From assembly GCA_963824985.1 (NCBI GenBank), contig CAWGRQ010000042.1:9764-73763 (forward strand): a DNA stretch of 64,000 nt, read 5' to 3'. This document shows positions 1 through 10,400 of this stretch, piece by piece (the first letter of the stretch is position 1; every line of letters begins with the position of its first letter). A model generated the notes under the pieces. That model ran no database searches and was not told where the DNA came from. It saw only the letters and a list, made by a program, of their open reading frames with translations. Made by a program: the position numbers and the translations under genes. The DNA is from Terriglobia bacterium. Its GTDB lineage: Bacteria; Acidobacteriota; UBA6911.

Positions 1-8
1 CGGATTGG

Positions 9-1271
9 ATGGCCAATCGAATTTACTCACTCCGCATCAGCGATGGGAAAATGACCGAAATCGCGGCCCCCCGCGGGCCTTTTGGCGGTATCAGGATATC
101 GCCTGACGGCAAGAGTATTGCCTACACGGGATCGCGGGGCGACGGCCCGGACCCGCATGATCTTCTGCTGATGCCGATCGCCGGCGGGGAACCGGCCAAT
201 CTGACTTCCGCATCGATCGACCGTCCCATCGGCGCTTTCACCTGGCGGCGCGACGGCAGTCTGCTTGCCGGCGTCACCACCGGATTCACTCGAGTCTTCT
301 ATGCCATCACCACAGACGGAAAAGCTCAGAGAATGCGCGAGGTTCCGGTCCCGCTCTCCGGTGCGTTCGTGGCCGGGCCGGAGGTGCTGGCATACCTGGC
401 TGAGAGCACGACCGTTGCCCCCGAGCTTTGGCTGTCGCGCAAAGGCGGCATGGCCGAAAAGGTTACTCAGTTCAACAAGGAATGGGAGGCCATTCCACTC
501 AGCAAACTCGATATCGTACGCTACCGCAGCTTTGATGGTAAGGAAATCGAGGCTGGAATTCTCAAACCGGCGGGCTATCGGGCGGGGGCGAAAGCGCCGT
601 TCATCGTGATGGTCCACGGCGGACCTACGGGATCCTGGGCCGATCGGTTCGACCGGTGGGGCCAGCTGTTGGCATCCCGGGGCTATGTTATTTTGTATCC
701 AAACATCCGGGGCTCGCTCGGCTATGGACACGAATTCGTGATCAGCAACCGCTATGACTGGGGCGGAGGCGACTGGAAAGACGTGATGGCGGCCGTGGAT
801 TACGCCATCAGCCAGGGCCTCGCCGATCCGGAACGACTGGGCATCGGCGGCTGGTCTTACGGCGGCTATATGGCGGCATGGGCGGTCACGCAGACTACTC
901 GTTTCAAGGCGTCCGTATCGGGCGCGCCGATGACTGATCTCGCAAGCGAATTCGGCACCGAAAGCGCCGGGGTCAACATCGGCGACACCTGGGCGCTTGG
1001 GACTCCTTACGAGAACCAGGAACTCTTCATCAGGCAATCTCCCGTCACCTTTGTTAAAAACGTAAAAACGCCCACACTGCTCCTTAACGGCGTGGAAGAC
1101 ACTACCGATCCTATCGGCCAGGTCGAACAGTTCTACCGGGGTCTGAAACGATACCAGGTCGAATGTGAATTGGTGGTGTATCCGCGCGAGGGCCACGGCA
1201 TTCGTGAAGAAAAACACCAGCTCGACGTGCTCAATCGCGTCATCGGCTGGTATGAAAAATACCTGAAGTAG
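9..1271 (+). CDS. S9 family serine peptidase (prolyl oligopeptidase / acylaminoacyl-peptidase type); 5' end probably outside the window
   Basis: 420-aa ORF whose frame stays open to position 1. GGWSYGGYM nucleophile elbow (GxSxGG), VMVHGGP block and C-terminal EGHG His motif, typical of the S9 alpha/beta-hydrolase domain. Confidence 0.85.
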   Translation: MANRIYSLRISDGKMTEIAAPRGPFGGIRISPDGKSIAYTGSRGDGPDPHDLLLMPIAGGEPANLTSASIDRPIGAFTWRRDGSLLAGVTTGFTRVFYAITTDGKAQRMREVPVPLSGAFVAGPEVLAYLAESTTVAPELWLSRKGGMAEKVTQFNKEWEAIPLSKLDIVRYRSFDGKEIEAGILKPAGYRAGAKAPFIVMVHGGPTGSWADRFDRWGQLLASRGYVILYPNIRGSLGYGHEFVISNRYDWGGGDWKDVMAAVDYAISQGLADPERLGIGGWSYGGYMAAWAVTQTTRFKASVSGAPMTDLASEFGTESAGVNIGDTWALGTPYENQELFIRQSPVTFVKNVKTPTLLLNGVEDTTDPIGQVEQFYRGLKRYQVECELVVYPREGHGIREEKHQLDVLNRVIGWYEKYLK

Positions 1272-1507
1272 TCCCAGGGCGCAGTCCGGCTAACCAAACC
1301 TGATCGTGGCGCGGCCTGCAGAGAGTATGGCGATGCCGTTGCCTCGGATTGCGCCAGAGGGCTTCGCTGATGTGCTCCGCCAGACGGGAGACAAACGTCA
1401 GTCTCAAAGACCGCTTGAACGGGCTCTTGCGGAACTCGGGGAGATGGACATCCCCAGAGTGTCGTCAATCTTTACTTCATGTCAAGCATGCGATCGGATC
1501 AGCCGGC

Positions 1508-1921
1508 TCAGGCGCCGGGGATCCTGAGCACCTGGCCGACCTGGATCTTGTTCGGGTCGCTGAGCTTGTCTTTATTAGCCTCAAAAATCTTCATGTAGGA
1601 GTTGGCGTTGCCATAGAATTGCTTCGCGATCTTCGACAGAGTGTCGCCCGACTGCACCGTGTAGGTCTTCGGCTCCGGTGGGGATGGTTTGGGGGACGCC
1701 ATGCTCGGATCGATCCCGATGTCGCAGGTCAAGTCACCGAAACTCGGGTCAACGAGCTTGACCTGGTTCCAGATTTCGTTCTTCAGCTCTTGTGTGCTCG
1801 CAGAGGCTTTGATGAACAACTTGTTATCCTGCACGTGGAGGTTGTGCATCCGCAGACCCTTCTGTTCGATCAGCCGCAGCACTGACTGATACTTAGACTT
1901 GAGCTCCTCTAAGCGATCCAT
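1508..1921 (-). CDS. LysM peptidoglycan-binding protein with BON-like N-terminal half (Kbp/YgaU-like)
   Basis: C-terminal LysM motif YTVQSGDTLSKIAKQFYG...IQVGQVLRIP. Start moved to the ATG at 1921 (MDRLEEL), which has AGGAGA upstream; the ORF-track start at 2092 would overlap the next gene. Confidence 0.8.
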   Translation of the reverse strand: MDRLEELKSKYQSVLRLIEQKGLRMHNLHVQDNKLFIKASASTQELKNEIWNQVKLVDPSFGDLTCDIGIDPSMASPKPSPPEPKTYTVQSGDTLSKIAKQFYGNANSYMKIFEANKDKLSDPNKIQVGQVLRIPGA

Positions 1922-2021
1922 AATCTCTCCTTTCGAATACTCAGATGTTTCGATGATAGACAACCACCCCTCGGCCCCAAGTGCCGATGTCTGGGGAAAA
2001 CGACAGTCTGTAACGGGGCGG

Positions 2022-2576
2022 TTACCTGCCGAACAACTTTGATGCCATGCCGAGGACGTTGTCGACCACGGAGCCGTCCTTGTTGGTGTCAAGAAACTGG
2101 CTGAGAATTCCCATCAGCCCGCCCGGCGCCGGAGCGTTGCCGGCCGCCTGGGCGGCGGGGCCGGAGCGCTGCTTGCTCAACGCACCCATGGCCATGGCGG
2201 CAACCAGGGGCAACATCTTCTTGAGCACATCTTCTCCGATCCCTGTCTGTGCGGCAGCGTTGCGGGCGACCTGGCGGCTGACATCCTTGCTTCCCAAAAT
2301 GTGTCCGAGTATGCCGTTGCCGTCCTGGATAGTCCTTTCGCTCCCCAGGGTCTCAGGGCTGTCGATGTAGCGTTCATGCCCTCCTGCTGAAAGCGCGCCT
2401 ATCAGACTCTCGATCCCTCCCGGGGTTGCGGCATTGCGGGCCAAGCCCTGGCCAAGAGCAGGCAGCAGATTGGTAACCGCTGATGAAGTTTGATTCTCGT
2501 CCAGACCGAAGTTCCGGGCAAGCCCCCGGACAGCGTCTCCGCCGCCGGCGTTCAACACCAACGTCAATAGATCCAT
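2022..2576 (-). CDS. DUF937-like Gly/Ala-rich protein
   Basis: MDLLTLVLNAGGGDAVRGLARNFGLDENQ...GILGHILGSKD...LKKMLPLVAAMAMGAL matches the DUF937 layout as I recall it. Start moved to the ATG at 2576. Confidence 0.6.
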   Translation of the reverse strand: MDLLTLVLNAGGGDAVRGLARNFGLDENQTSSAVTNLLPALGQGLARNAATPGGIESLIGALSAGGHERYIDSPETLGSERTIQDGNGILGHILGSKDVSRQVARNAAAQTGIGEDVLKKMLPLVAAMAMGALSKQRSGPAAQAAGNAPAPGGLMGILSQFLDTNKDGSVVDNVLGMASKLFGR

Positions 2577-2689
2577 TTCCCCTACCAATTCAACTGATTC
2601 GTTCCCTGATGGCAGGGCACGCCGTGTGACTGTTCGGGACGCCCCCAATAAGCCGGGACTCAGCGCAGGCTTTGTTCAAGAATGGCAGC

Positions 2690-2950
2690 TTACGAAGTTG
2701 CCTGCTTTTTCCTGATCAGGCGGTAGGCTGCCAGCAGGATGATGGCACCCACGACGGCAGCGATGAAGCCCCCCGACTCCCCTTCCTGATACCAGCCGAT
2801 GAGTCGTCCCAGGTATGTTGCAATCAGCGCTCCGACCACACCCAATGCAGTCGTGATCAGGAATCCTCCCGGATCCTTCCCAGGCATCAGGAACTTCGCG
2901 ACAGCGCCGGCGATAAACCCGATGATGATGATCCAGAGTAGATGTAGCAT
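2690..2950 (-). CDS. GlsB/YeaQ/YmgE family (transglycosylase-associated) small stress membrane protein
   Basis: 86-aa three-TM protein: WIIIIGFIAGAVAKFLMPGKDPGGFLITTALGVVGALIATYLG, the typical YeaQ/GlsB signature. Confidence 0.8.
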   Translation of the reverse strand: MLHLLWIIIIGFIAGAVAKFLMPGKDPGGFLITTALGVVGALIATYLGRLIGWYQEGESGGFIAAVVGAIILLAAYRLIRKKQATS

Positions 2951-3153
2951 ATTGCCCTCTCAGTTGGGGAACCGCTTCGCCCAGCATACTCTATTGTACC
3001 GACACGTCAAGTGCCCGAGGAGTAACGGACGTCGATGCCGCCGGGAAATATCCCCAGTTTTCATGCGGCTGCAACTTTTCCCAAGCCAGAGGATCAATTC
3101 ATACAGTTATGGTGAATTGCAGAAACGCGAATACGCGTTGATAGGGGGTACAT

Positions 3154-3723
3154 ATGGCGGCAAGGAGCTGGAGAACAAGATCTCTGTCCACGATATTTTT
3201 GCCGGTCGTTTTGTGCGGCATGTTTCAATTCGGATCGGCGTTTGCCGGAGAGATTCCAGGCGCCCGATTGAGCCAGCCATTGACGAAGGTGGCGGATACC
3301 GTGCGGCAAAATCTGGCAAGGCTTCCATACTATGATGTTTTTGATTATGTCAGATTCGACTTAGTGGAGCCCGGCACCGTGTTACTCACGGGAGAGGTCA
3401 CGCGGCCCGCCCTGAAGTCGGATGCCGAGACCGCCGTGAGCAGGGTCGCCGGCGTGCAGAAGGTGGTGAACAGAATCGAGGTCCTGCCGGCCTCGCCCGG
3501 TGATGAAGCCATCCGTTGGGCCGCTTTCAAAGCGATTTTTGAGAAACCCAGTCTGCAGGGTTATGCCGTTCAAAATGTTTCACCGCTCAGAATCGTCGTT
3601 GAGAACGGCACGATAACACTTGATGGCAGGGTCGCAAGCAAGTTTGACAGGACTTTGATCGAAGATACGGCCCGATCTGTTCCAGGCATTGCGGGTGTGA
3701 TTGACAACCTGACGGTTCGATAG
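3154..3723 (+). CDS. Secreted double BON-domain protein (OsmY-like)
   Basis: N-terminal signal-like segment. Two BON-type blocks (LLTGEVTRPALKSDAETAVSRVAGVQKVVNRIEV and ITLDGRVASKFDRTLIEDTARSVPGIAGVIDNLTV). AGGGGG before the ATG. Confidence 0.8.
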   Translation: MAARSWRTRSLSTIFLPVVLCGMFQFGSAFAGEIPGARLSQPLTKVADTVRQNLARLPYYDVFDYVRFDLVEPGTVLLTGEVTRPALKSDAETAVSRVAGVQKVVNRIEVLPASPGDEAIRWAAFKAIFEKPSLQGYAVQNVSPLRIVVENGTITLDGRVASKFDRTLIEDTARSVPGIAGVIDNLTVR

Positions 3724-3748
3724 TTCCGGATAAGGACGAGCAGCGTTT

Positions 3749-6159
3749 TCAGACTGAACGGAGAAGGGCTATCCCATGGCCGCGCGGGGTCAGCGCAGAT
3801 TCAGCCGGTCGAAAAGCCACACCTTGACCCAGTCGAGGCAGGCGAAGTAAACGATTCCAGCGCATGCCACGCCTAAGAAAAATGACGCGCGGATCGCCGG
3901 CATGAGAATGCCGCCGAGCGCAAGAATTGCGGCTGACGCCAAGCCAAACACGCGAGCTGCCTACGAGAAAACGGCTGGGCCGCGACTGCCAGAAGTGCCC
4001 CCGCTCCCGCAGGAGATAGACGCCGGCCTGCGAGCTGAGGATCAAAGTCGCAAACATCAAGGTTTGAAGATGCGGCATGTCCAGGCGGAGCACATTGATA
4101 GCCGTACAGGAAGACACCGAGTGAGAAGACCAGCTTGCAAGCCGGCGAGGACGGTGGCGGCCAAAAGAATGCCGCGGGTGTTCCATCGGTTCGGGCGCCG
4201 TGAGTACTGCCATCCGGTCGGTTGAGAGGGACATCGTAAGGAAGTCATTGAGGAAAAGGAACAGCACCATCAGCAGCGGCGTGATCGGCTTCGTGCCTGG
4301 TTACCAGAAATCCGATTACCAACAGCGCCATGATCTCGATCTTCTTGATCAGCATGTTGAGGGTGTAGGTGATGATGCGCTGGAATACAAGCCGGCTCGT
4401 TTCGATCGCGGGCACCACACCGCCCAGTCCCGGGCGGGTCAACACCATGGCTGCGGCGGCTTTCGCCACGTCGGTCGCGTTGGCTACCGCGATCCCCGCT
4501 TCGGCCTGACGCAGCGCAGGGGCATCGTTGACTCCGTCCCCGCTCATCCCAACCACCTCGCCACGACGCTGGAAAGCCCCGGACCAGCCGGAATTTGTCT
4601 TCGGGAAACACGCCGGCGAACACACCGCAGTCGAGCGCGTCTCCGCACAGGTCGCCGTGCGAGCTTTTCGGGCGAACAAACGTTGCCTGAAATCCCCACC
4701 TGTTCGGCCACACTGCGTGCCGTGATGGCATTGTCGCCGGTGACCATGACGATGCGGACGCCCGCGTCGCGGATCGCACTCACGACGGATTTCGAATCCT
4801 CGCGCACGGCGTCCTCAAGCCCCAGCAGACCGACAAGGCGCATTTGGCCCGCCGTTCCTTCGGCCACCCCAAGCACACGTTGCCCGCGTCCGACGATGAT
4901 TTCAGCCTGAGGTTGCCAGACCGTGTCCGCGGCGCCGGTCAGTTTCGCGACAACTGCGGGCGCACCTTTCATGAAACGGCGAGAGCCTTCTTTGATCACG
5001 ATACACAGCCTCAGCGCGCTTGGTGGCCGGGTCGAAAGGCTTGAACTCAATTCGCTCCATTTCGCCGTCCTGCCAGCCGCGGTCGGTGGCGGCCTTGATG
5101 ATGGCGCCATCCACGGGATCCTGACCGGCCGGGTCGCTGGCCAACGCCGCGGCACGCAGGAGATCCTCTTCGGATGCGCCAGGGGCGGCCCAGAGGGCGC
5201 TTACCGTGGCCTGGTTGCGAGTCAGGGTTCCAGTTTTGTCGCTGCACAACACGGTCATGGAGGCGATGTCGTGCAGGGCGCTCAGGCGTGTGATGAGGAC
5301 ACCGTGTTTGGAAAGTTCCACCGAGCCCAGCGCTGCCGCGAGCGTGAAGGTGGCGGGCAACGCGACTGGAATGGAGGCGAGCAAAATGGTCAGCAACAAC
5401 GGCAGAATGAAGCCGAGGGACATGCCGACGTGGTGGGCGTAGCCGATCACGATCACGACCATCGCCGCGTTTACGACGAAGAGGTTTTTGACTACACCCA
5501 CAATCTCGTGCTCCTGCCGGTTGGCCGAGCCTGCAGTACGAACGAGTTCGGCGGTCTTCCCGAAGAAAGTGCGTGCGCCCGTGGCGGCAACTTCACCCGT
5601 GGCCTCGCCGCCGCGCACCATGGACCCCGCGTAGGCCGTGCTTGCCGGACTCGACGGAAGCGGCAGCGGATTCGCCCGTGAGCGCCGATTGGTCCACGAG
5701 CAACGATCCGTCCTCCAGCTTGACGTCCGCCGGCACGATGGTGCCCTGTCGCAGATGAATGACATCGCCCGGCACCAGGTCCTCGGCCGGCAACGTGGTC
5801 CACACACCGTCGCGCCGAACGCGGGCCAGCACACTCGCAGTTGTTGACGCAGGAGCGCCAGTGCCTTTTGCGCGCGGCCTTCCTGCAGCAGGCTCAGCGT
5901 CAGCATTCAAAACGAGGAGTCCGCCGATCACGGCTGCCTCCACCCTCTCTCCGAGAAAGAGCTGGATGATGATCGTGGCTTCCAGCAGCCAGGGGATGGG
6001 CGCCCAGAACCGCTTGACGAAGGCCTTCAGCGGGTGGGCCTTTTCCTCCACGACGGCATTAGGGCCGTATTGCTTGAGCCGCGCCTGAGCTTCGGCAGTA
6101 GTCAGGCCCTGCTGGTTAGGAGATCGGACGATACTCGAAGCCGGGTTTTGCTCTGACAT
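3749..6159 (-). pseudogene. P-type ATPase (plasma-membrane H+/cation-efflux, P3-like) broken by multiple frame changes
   Basis: Homologous blocks lie in different frames. N-terminus: GLTTAEAQARLKQYGPN. Then LLQEGRAQKALALL, RVRRDGVWTTLPAEDLVPGDV...SALTGES, CSDKTGTLT (phosphorylation motif), VMVTGDNAITA, GDGVNDAPAL, and the C-terminal TM region. ORF-track pieces end at 6159, 5906, 5155, 4679 and 4270 in three frames, and the frame toggles within pieces. Confidence 0.8.
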
Positions 6160-6279
6160 GGTATCAGAATAGCGTGCCAGGCCTGGAGATTAAACCTTAT
6201 TCAAGAATGCAAAGGCGCCCGGTAAGCTCAAAGGCAAAAAACCGAATTCTCCAGGCCTGACACCGCGCCCGGGTTCGGC

Positions 6280-8421
6280 TTATTTTCCCAGCAGTACCAC
6301 CGTGGTCCTTGGATCGACGACATGTCGGTCCGCCGGATCCGGCAGGGGTTCCGCATCGTCGTCCAGAATATCTTCTCCCGCGGGGCGGCTTGTGTCGATC
6401 GCGCGCCGCCAGCGGACTCCCGGTGGAAGCGGCGGCACCATAACCTCGCGCTGCCGGTAATCCGCGTTCAGGATGAGGAAAAGGAAGTACGATCCCGCTT
6501 CCGACGGTTCTTCGTTCCCGTCGAGGAGGTAGCACAGCAGCCGGCCCTCCGGATCGTCCCAACGGGGCGGGTTGAGATCCACCCCGAACCACTGGATGTC
6601 GGGGACCGCGTTCTCGTCCAGGTCCGTGTCCTTGCCGGTGAAGAACTTGCGCCGCTGGAGGATCGTGTATTTCTTCGTGAATGCGATCGCCTTCTGAAAA
6701 AAGGCGACCATGTCCGCGTTTCGCCGGGCCTCCCCCCAGTCGAACCAGGAGATCGGGTTGTCCTGGCAGTAGGCGTTGTTGTTCCCCCCCTGCGTGCGGA
6801 GGAATTCGTCGCCTCCAAGAATCATCGGGGTGCCGGAGGAGAAGAGCAGCATGCAGGCGTGGTTCTTTGCCAGCTGCCGCCGCAGCCGTGCGATCTCGGG
6901 GTCGTCCGTAGCGCCTTCTGCCCCGCAGTTCCATGAACTGTTGTCGTTCGTGCCATCCCGGTTCCCCTCGAGGTTCGCCTCGTTGTGTTTTTCGTTGTAG
7001 GAAACGAGGTCCCCAAGAGTGAAGCCGTCGTGGCAGGTAACGAAGTTGACGCTGTTGTAGGCGGAGCGTCCGTCGTCGGCGTACAGGTCGGCCGATCCCG
7101 TCAGCCGGAATCCGAGGTCCCGAAGCTGCCCGCCATCCCCCTTCACGAAACGGCGCACCGTGTCGCGGAACCGGCCGTTCCACTCCGACCAGTCCACGGG
7201 GAAGTTCCCCACCTCGTAAGTTCCCAGGTCCCACGGTTCGGCGATGAGCTTGGCCCTCTGCAGCACCGGGTCCTGTGAAACAGCATCGAAGAAGGAGGCG
7301 CACCTCTGGTACATCCCGCCTTCGCGCCCCAACACGGAGGCAAGATCGAACCGGAACCCGTCGACGTGCATCGTTTCGACCCAGTACCGCATCGAGTCCA
7401 TCACCAGCCGGATCGTCGGAGCGGTCGACGGGTTGAAGGTGTTGCCGCATCCCGTCCAGTTAATGTAATAGCGCGCCGGCTCGTGAGGCCCTCCGGTCAG
7501 TACATAGTAGGAGGGATTATCTATCCCCTTGAAGGAGAAGGTGGGGCCCAGTTCGTTCCCCTCCCCCGTATGGTTGTAAACCACGTCAAGGAATACCTCG
7601 ATCCCCGCGCGGTGCAGCTCCCGCACCAGCGTCTTGAACTCTTCCACCTGGCACCCGGGGCGGCGACCGGTGCCGTAGGAGACTTCCGGAGCGAAGAAGG
7701 CGGCCGTGTTGTATCCCCAGTAGTTCGTAAGCCCCTTCGCCCGGAGGAAGTCTTCGACATAGAACTGCTGCACCGGGAGCAGCTCGACGGCGTTCACGCC
7801 GAGGGACTGAAGGTACGGAATCTTCTCGACGAAGCCCAGGTACGTCCCCGGGTGGGCCACCATCGAGGAGGGGTGGGCGGTGAATCCCTTCAGGTGGGTT
7901 TCGTAGATCACGATCCGCTCGAACGGGATGGACGGCGGCGTGTCCCCCCTCCAGTCGAACCGGTCGTCCACCACGATCGCCTTTGGGATGATGGCCTGGT
8001 TTTCGCGGCAGTCGGAGGAGAGGTCCCGCGCCGCGTCGCCTGGTCCGTAGGCCAGCAGCAGGTTGTCCTCGTTGACGATCTTGCCGGTGAGCGCTTTCGC
8101 GTACGGGTCGATCAGCAGCTTCCGGTCGTTGAACCGAAGGCCGCGGGCCGGGTTGAAGGGACCGCGAACCTTGTACCCGTAAAGCTGGCCGGCGCCGGCG
8201 CCATGGACGAAGACGTGCCAGGCGAACCGGTCCCGGTCCTGGACGCGGATAACGTCGGTGGGATCGCCGTCGGCGTGTTCGAAGAGGAGGAGCCATACCT
8301 CTTCCGCGGTCGTGGAGTAGAGGGAGAAATTGACCCCTTCCGGCTCCGGGGTGGCGCCCAGGGGGTAGTGACATCCCGATGAGAGCTTCCGGTTCGTGCG
8401 GTGCGACAGGTCGTTCGTCAC
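6280..8421 (-). CDS. glgX: Glycogen debranching enzyme (isoamylase type, GH13)
   Basis: YPLGATPEPEGVNFSLYS N-terminus, DVVYNHT, GFRFDLASVLGR, EPWD and FVTCHDGFTL blocks. Start placed at the GTG at 8421, which follows GAGGAGG and removes the overlap with the upstream transporter. Confidence 0.85.
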   Translation of the reverse strand: MTNDLSHRTNRKLSSGCHYPLGATPEPEGVNFSLYSTTAEEVWLLLFEHADGDPTDVIRVQDRDRFAWHVFVHGAGAGQLYGYKVRGPFNPARGLRFNDRKLLIDPYAKALTGKIVNEDNLLLAYGPGDAARDLSSDCRENQAIIPKAIVVDDRFDWRGDTPPSIPFERIVIYETHLKGFTAHPSSMVAHPGTYLGFVEKIPYLQSLGVNAVELLPVQQFYVEDFLRAKGLTNYWGYNTAAFFAPEVSYGTGRRPGCQVEEFKTLVRELHRAGIEVFLDVVYNHTGEGNELGPTFSFKGIDNPSYYVLTGGPHEPARYYINWTGCGNTFNPSTAPTIRLVMDSMRYWVETMHVDGFRFDLASVLGREGGMYQRCASFFDAVSQDPVLQRAKLIAEPWDLGTYEVGNFPVDWSEWNGRFRDTVRRFVKGDGGQLRDLGFRLTGSADLYADDGRSAYNSVNFVTCHDGFTLGDLVSYNEKHNEANLEGNRDGTNDNSSWNCGAEGATDDPEIARLRRQLAKNHACMLLFSSGTPMILGGDEFLRTQGGNNNAYCQDNPISWFDWGEARRNADMVAFFQKAIAFTKKYTILQRRKFFTGKDTDLDENAVPDIQWFGVDLNPPRWDDPEGRLLCYLLDGNEEPSEAGSYFLFLILNADYRQREVMVPPLPPGVRWRRAIDTSRPAGEDILDDDAEPLPDPADRHVVDPRTTVVLLGK

Positions 8422-8483
8422 CGTTTCCACCTCCTCGCGAATCCAGGGTCTGCCGAATATGACCTTCCACAGGCTATCCTGAA

Positions 8484-10325
8484 TTATCGGCTGCTTTCCG
8501 GTGTGCGGCTCTCGATGTTCCTGCCGGCGTCGGCCCACACGCGATTGATGACGCGCAGCAGAACGGCGCCGCTCACGACGAATACAGGCAGAAGCATCAG
8601 CGCGTAGGTTATGCGTCCATATAGGAAATTGCCGATCGTAAACAGCGCCGACCAGATCACCATGCAGCCGGCCACCCAGCCCATCAGCCCCAAGGGAATG
8701 TTCTGGCCCGAGGTCTGGGCTTCAGCCGGGGAAACTCCCGCTTGCTCGCGGATCACGGTCCAGCCCGGCCCAAAGGGCCTGACTTTGCGGTAAAACTCGA
8801 TCAGGATTTTCCTGTCTGTTTCCGGGCCCAGGAAGGCGGTCACATACCAGCAGACCGTAGTGATTCCGATCGTGATCATCAGCCCCATATGGGTGCTGAC
8901 CCCCCGGCCATTATGATGGAGAATCAGCAGCCCGATCGAAACCAGGAACGAACTGATCATCGCCACCACCTCGCACCATGCGTTCACGCGCCACCAGAAC
9001 CAGCGCACCAGGTACAGCAACCCCGTGCCGGCGCCCACCTGGAGGATGATGTCGAACGCGTCCTTGGCAGTGTCCAGCAGGTAAACCATCCCGGATGAGC
9101 AGAAAAACAGCATGACCGTCACGAGGCGCCCGGCAAACACATAGTGCTTCTCGCTCTGATTCTTGCGCAAGAAACGCTGATACAAATCGTGAACCAGGTA
9201 GGAAGCGCCCCAGTTGAGATGAGTCAGAATAGTCGAGGAGTTGGCTGCAATCAAGCCTCCTACCATGAGTCCGATAAAGCCGACGGGCAGGAACTTCAGC
9301 ATCGCAGGATAGGCCGTATCGTGACCGATCAGGCTCGGATCGAGATGCGGAAATGCCGCCTGAATGTCCGATAACTGCGGATAGACGATCAGGGACGCGA
9401 GCGCCACCAGGATCCACGGCCATGGACGCAACACGTAATGCGCCAGATTGAAGAAGAGCACGGCGCCCAGCGAGTCTTTCTCGGATTTGGAAGCCAGCAT
9501 GCGCTGCGCGATGTAGCTGCCGCCGCCCGGTTCCGCTCCCGGATACCAGACCGCCCACCACTGCACGGCGATCGGCATAATGAAAACGGCGACCGCCATA
9601 TCCCAATTGTTGGTGAAATCGGGGAGCATATTCAGGAAGTTGAGGCCGTTCGGGCCTTTCAGGACCGAGAGCTTCTCGACCAGGCCGTGCAGGCCGCCGA
9701 CCTGCGGCAACTGGACGGCAAAGTAGGCCGCAGCAATGACGGCGGTCATCTTGATGAAGAACTGGATCATGTCGATGACAAGCACGCCCCACAATCCCGA
9801 GTGGGCCGCAAAAACAACGTTGAGCACCCCGCAGATCAGCAGCGTCTCCCAGCGCGGCAACCCGAACAGGACGCCGGCGATTTTACAGGCCGCGAGATTC
9901 ACGGTGGCCATGATCATGCAATTGAAGAACAGGCCGAGATAAACCGAGCGAAAGCCGCGCACAAAACCGGCTGCCTTGCCCGAGTATCTGATTTCGTAAA
10001 ACTCGAGGTCGGTCATGACTCCCGAGCGCCGCCACAGCTGGGCATAAAAGAAAACGGTGGAGACGCCGGTCAGCACAAAAGCCCACCACACCCAGTTGCC
10101 GGCCACGCCGTTGCGGCGCACGATGTCCGTGACCAGATTGGGAGTGTCGCTGCTGAACGTCGTCGCCACCATGGACAGCCCGGCCAGCCACCACGGCACG
10201 GAGCGGCCCGAAACGAAAAACTCCGAGGTGCTGGCTCCGGCGCGCTTGCCGAAAAACAGTGCGGGAATGAAGCAGATGCCCAGGGACAACGCAACAATGA
10301 CCCAATCAATGAAGTGTAGATGCAT
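8484..10325 (-). CDS. Sodium:solute symporter (SSS) family transporter
   Basis: 613-aa polytopic protein. N-terminus IDWVIVALSLGICF...SEFFVSGRSVPWWLAGLSMVATTFSSDTP is typical of the SSS family. Confidence 0.8.
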   Translation of the reverse strand: MHLHFIDWVIVALSLGICFIPALFFGKRAGASTSEFFVSGRSVPWWLAGLSMVATTFSSDTPNLVTDIVRRNGVAGNWVWWAFVLTGVSTVFFYAQLWRRSGVMTDLEFYEIRYSGKAAGFVRGFRSVYLGLFFNCMIMATVNLAACKIAGVLFGLPRWETLLICGVLNVVFAAHSGLWGVLVIDMIQFFIKMTAVIAAAYFAVQLPQVGGLHGLVEKLSVLKGPNGLNFLNMLPDFTNNWDMAVAVFIMPIAVQWWAVWYPGAEPGGGSYIAQRMLASKSEKDSLGAVLFFNLAHYVLRPWPWILVALASLIVYPQLSDIQAAFPHLDPSLIGHDTAYPAMLKFLPVGFIGLMVGGLIAANSSTILTHLNWGASYLVHDLYQRFLRKNQSEKHYVFAGRLVTVMLFFCSSGMVYLLDTAKDAFDIILQVGAGTGLLYLVRWFWWRVNAWCEVVAMISSFLVSIGLLILHHNGRGVSTHMGLMITIGITTVCWYVTAFLGPETDRKILIEFYRKVRPFGPGWTVIREQAGVSPAEAQTSGQNIPLGLMGWVAGCMVIWSALFTIGNFLYGRITYALMLLPVFVVSGAVLLRVINRVWADAGRNIESRTPESSR

Positions 10326-10400
10326 CCCCGGTATCCTTATGAGTGGGGCTGCCCGCGCCTCCAGCCGAAGGCCCGACCGATCATGCCGTTCCCAATCCCG

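Noticed and set aside
27-1217. Long antisense or shadow ORFs in the six-frame track (e.g. 27-1217 -, 6197-7450 -, 7366-8382 +, 9438-10319 +, 10320-11369 +, 26115-27656 -, 30900-31883 +, 50433-51425 +, 58074-58646 -)
   Set aside because: They overlap well-supported genes on the opposite strand or in another frame. Their composition is Arg/Pro/Gly-rich and low in complexity, as is typical of stop-poor frames in high-GC DNA. They carry no motifs.
3749-6159. Programmed ribosomal frameshifting in the P-type ATPase or the BNR gene
   Set aside because: There are far too many frame changes, in both directions, with no slippery-site or pseudoknot pattern. This fits decay or sequencing error.
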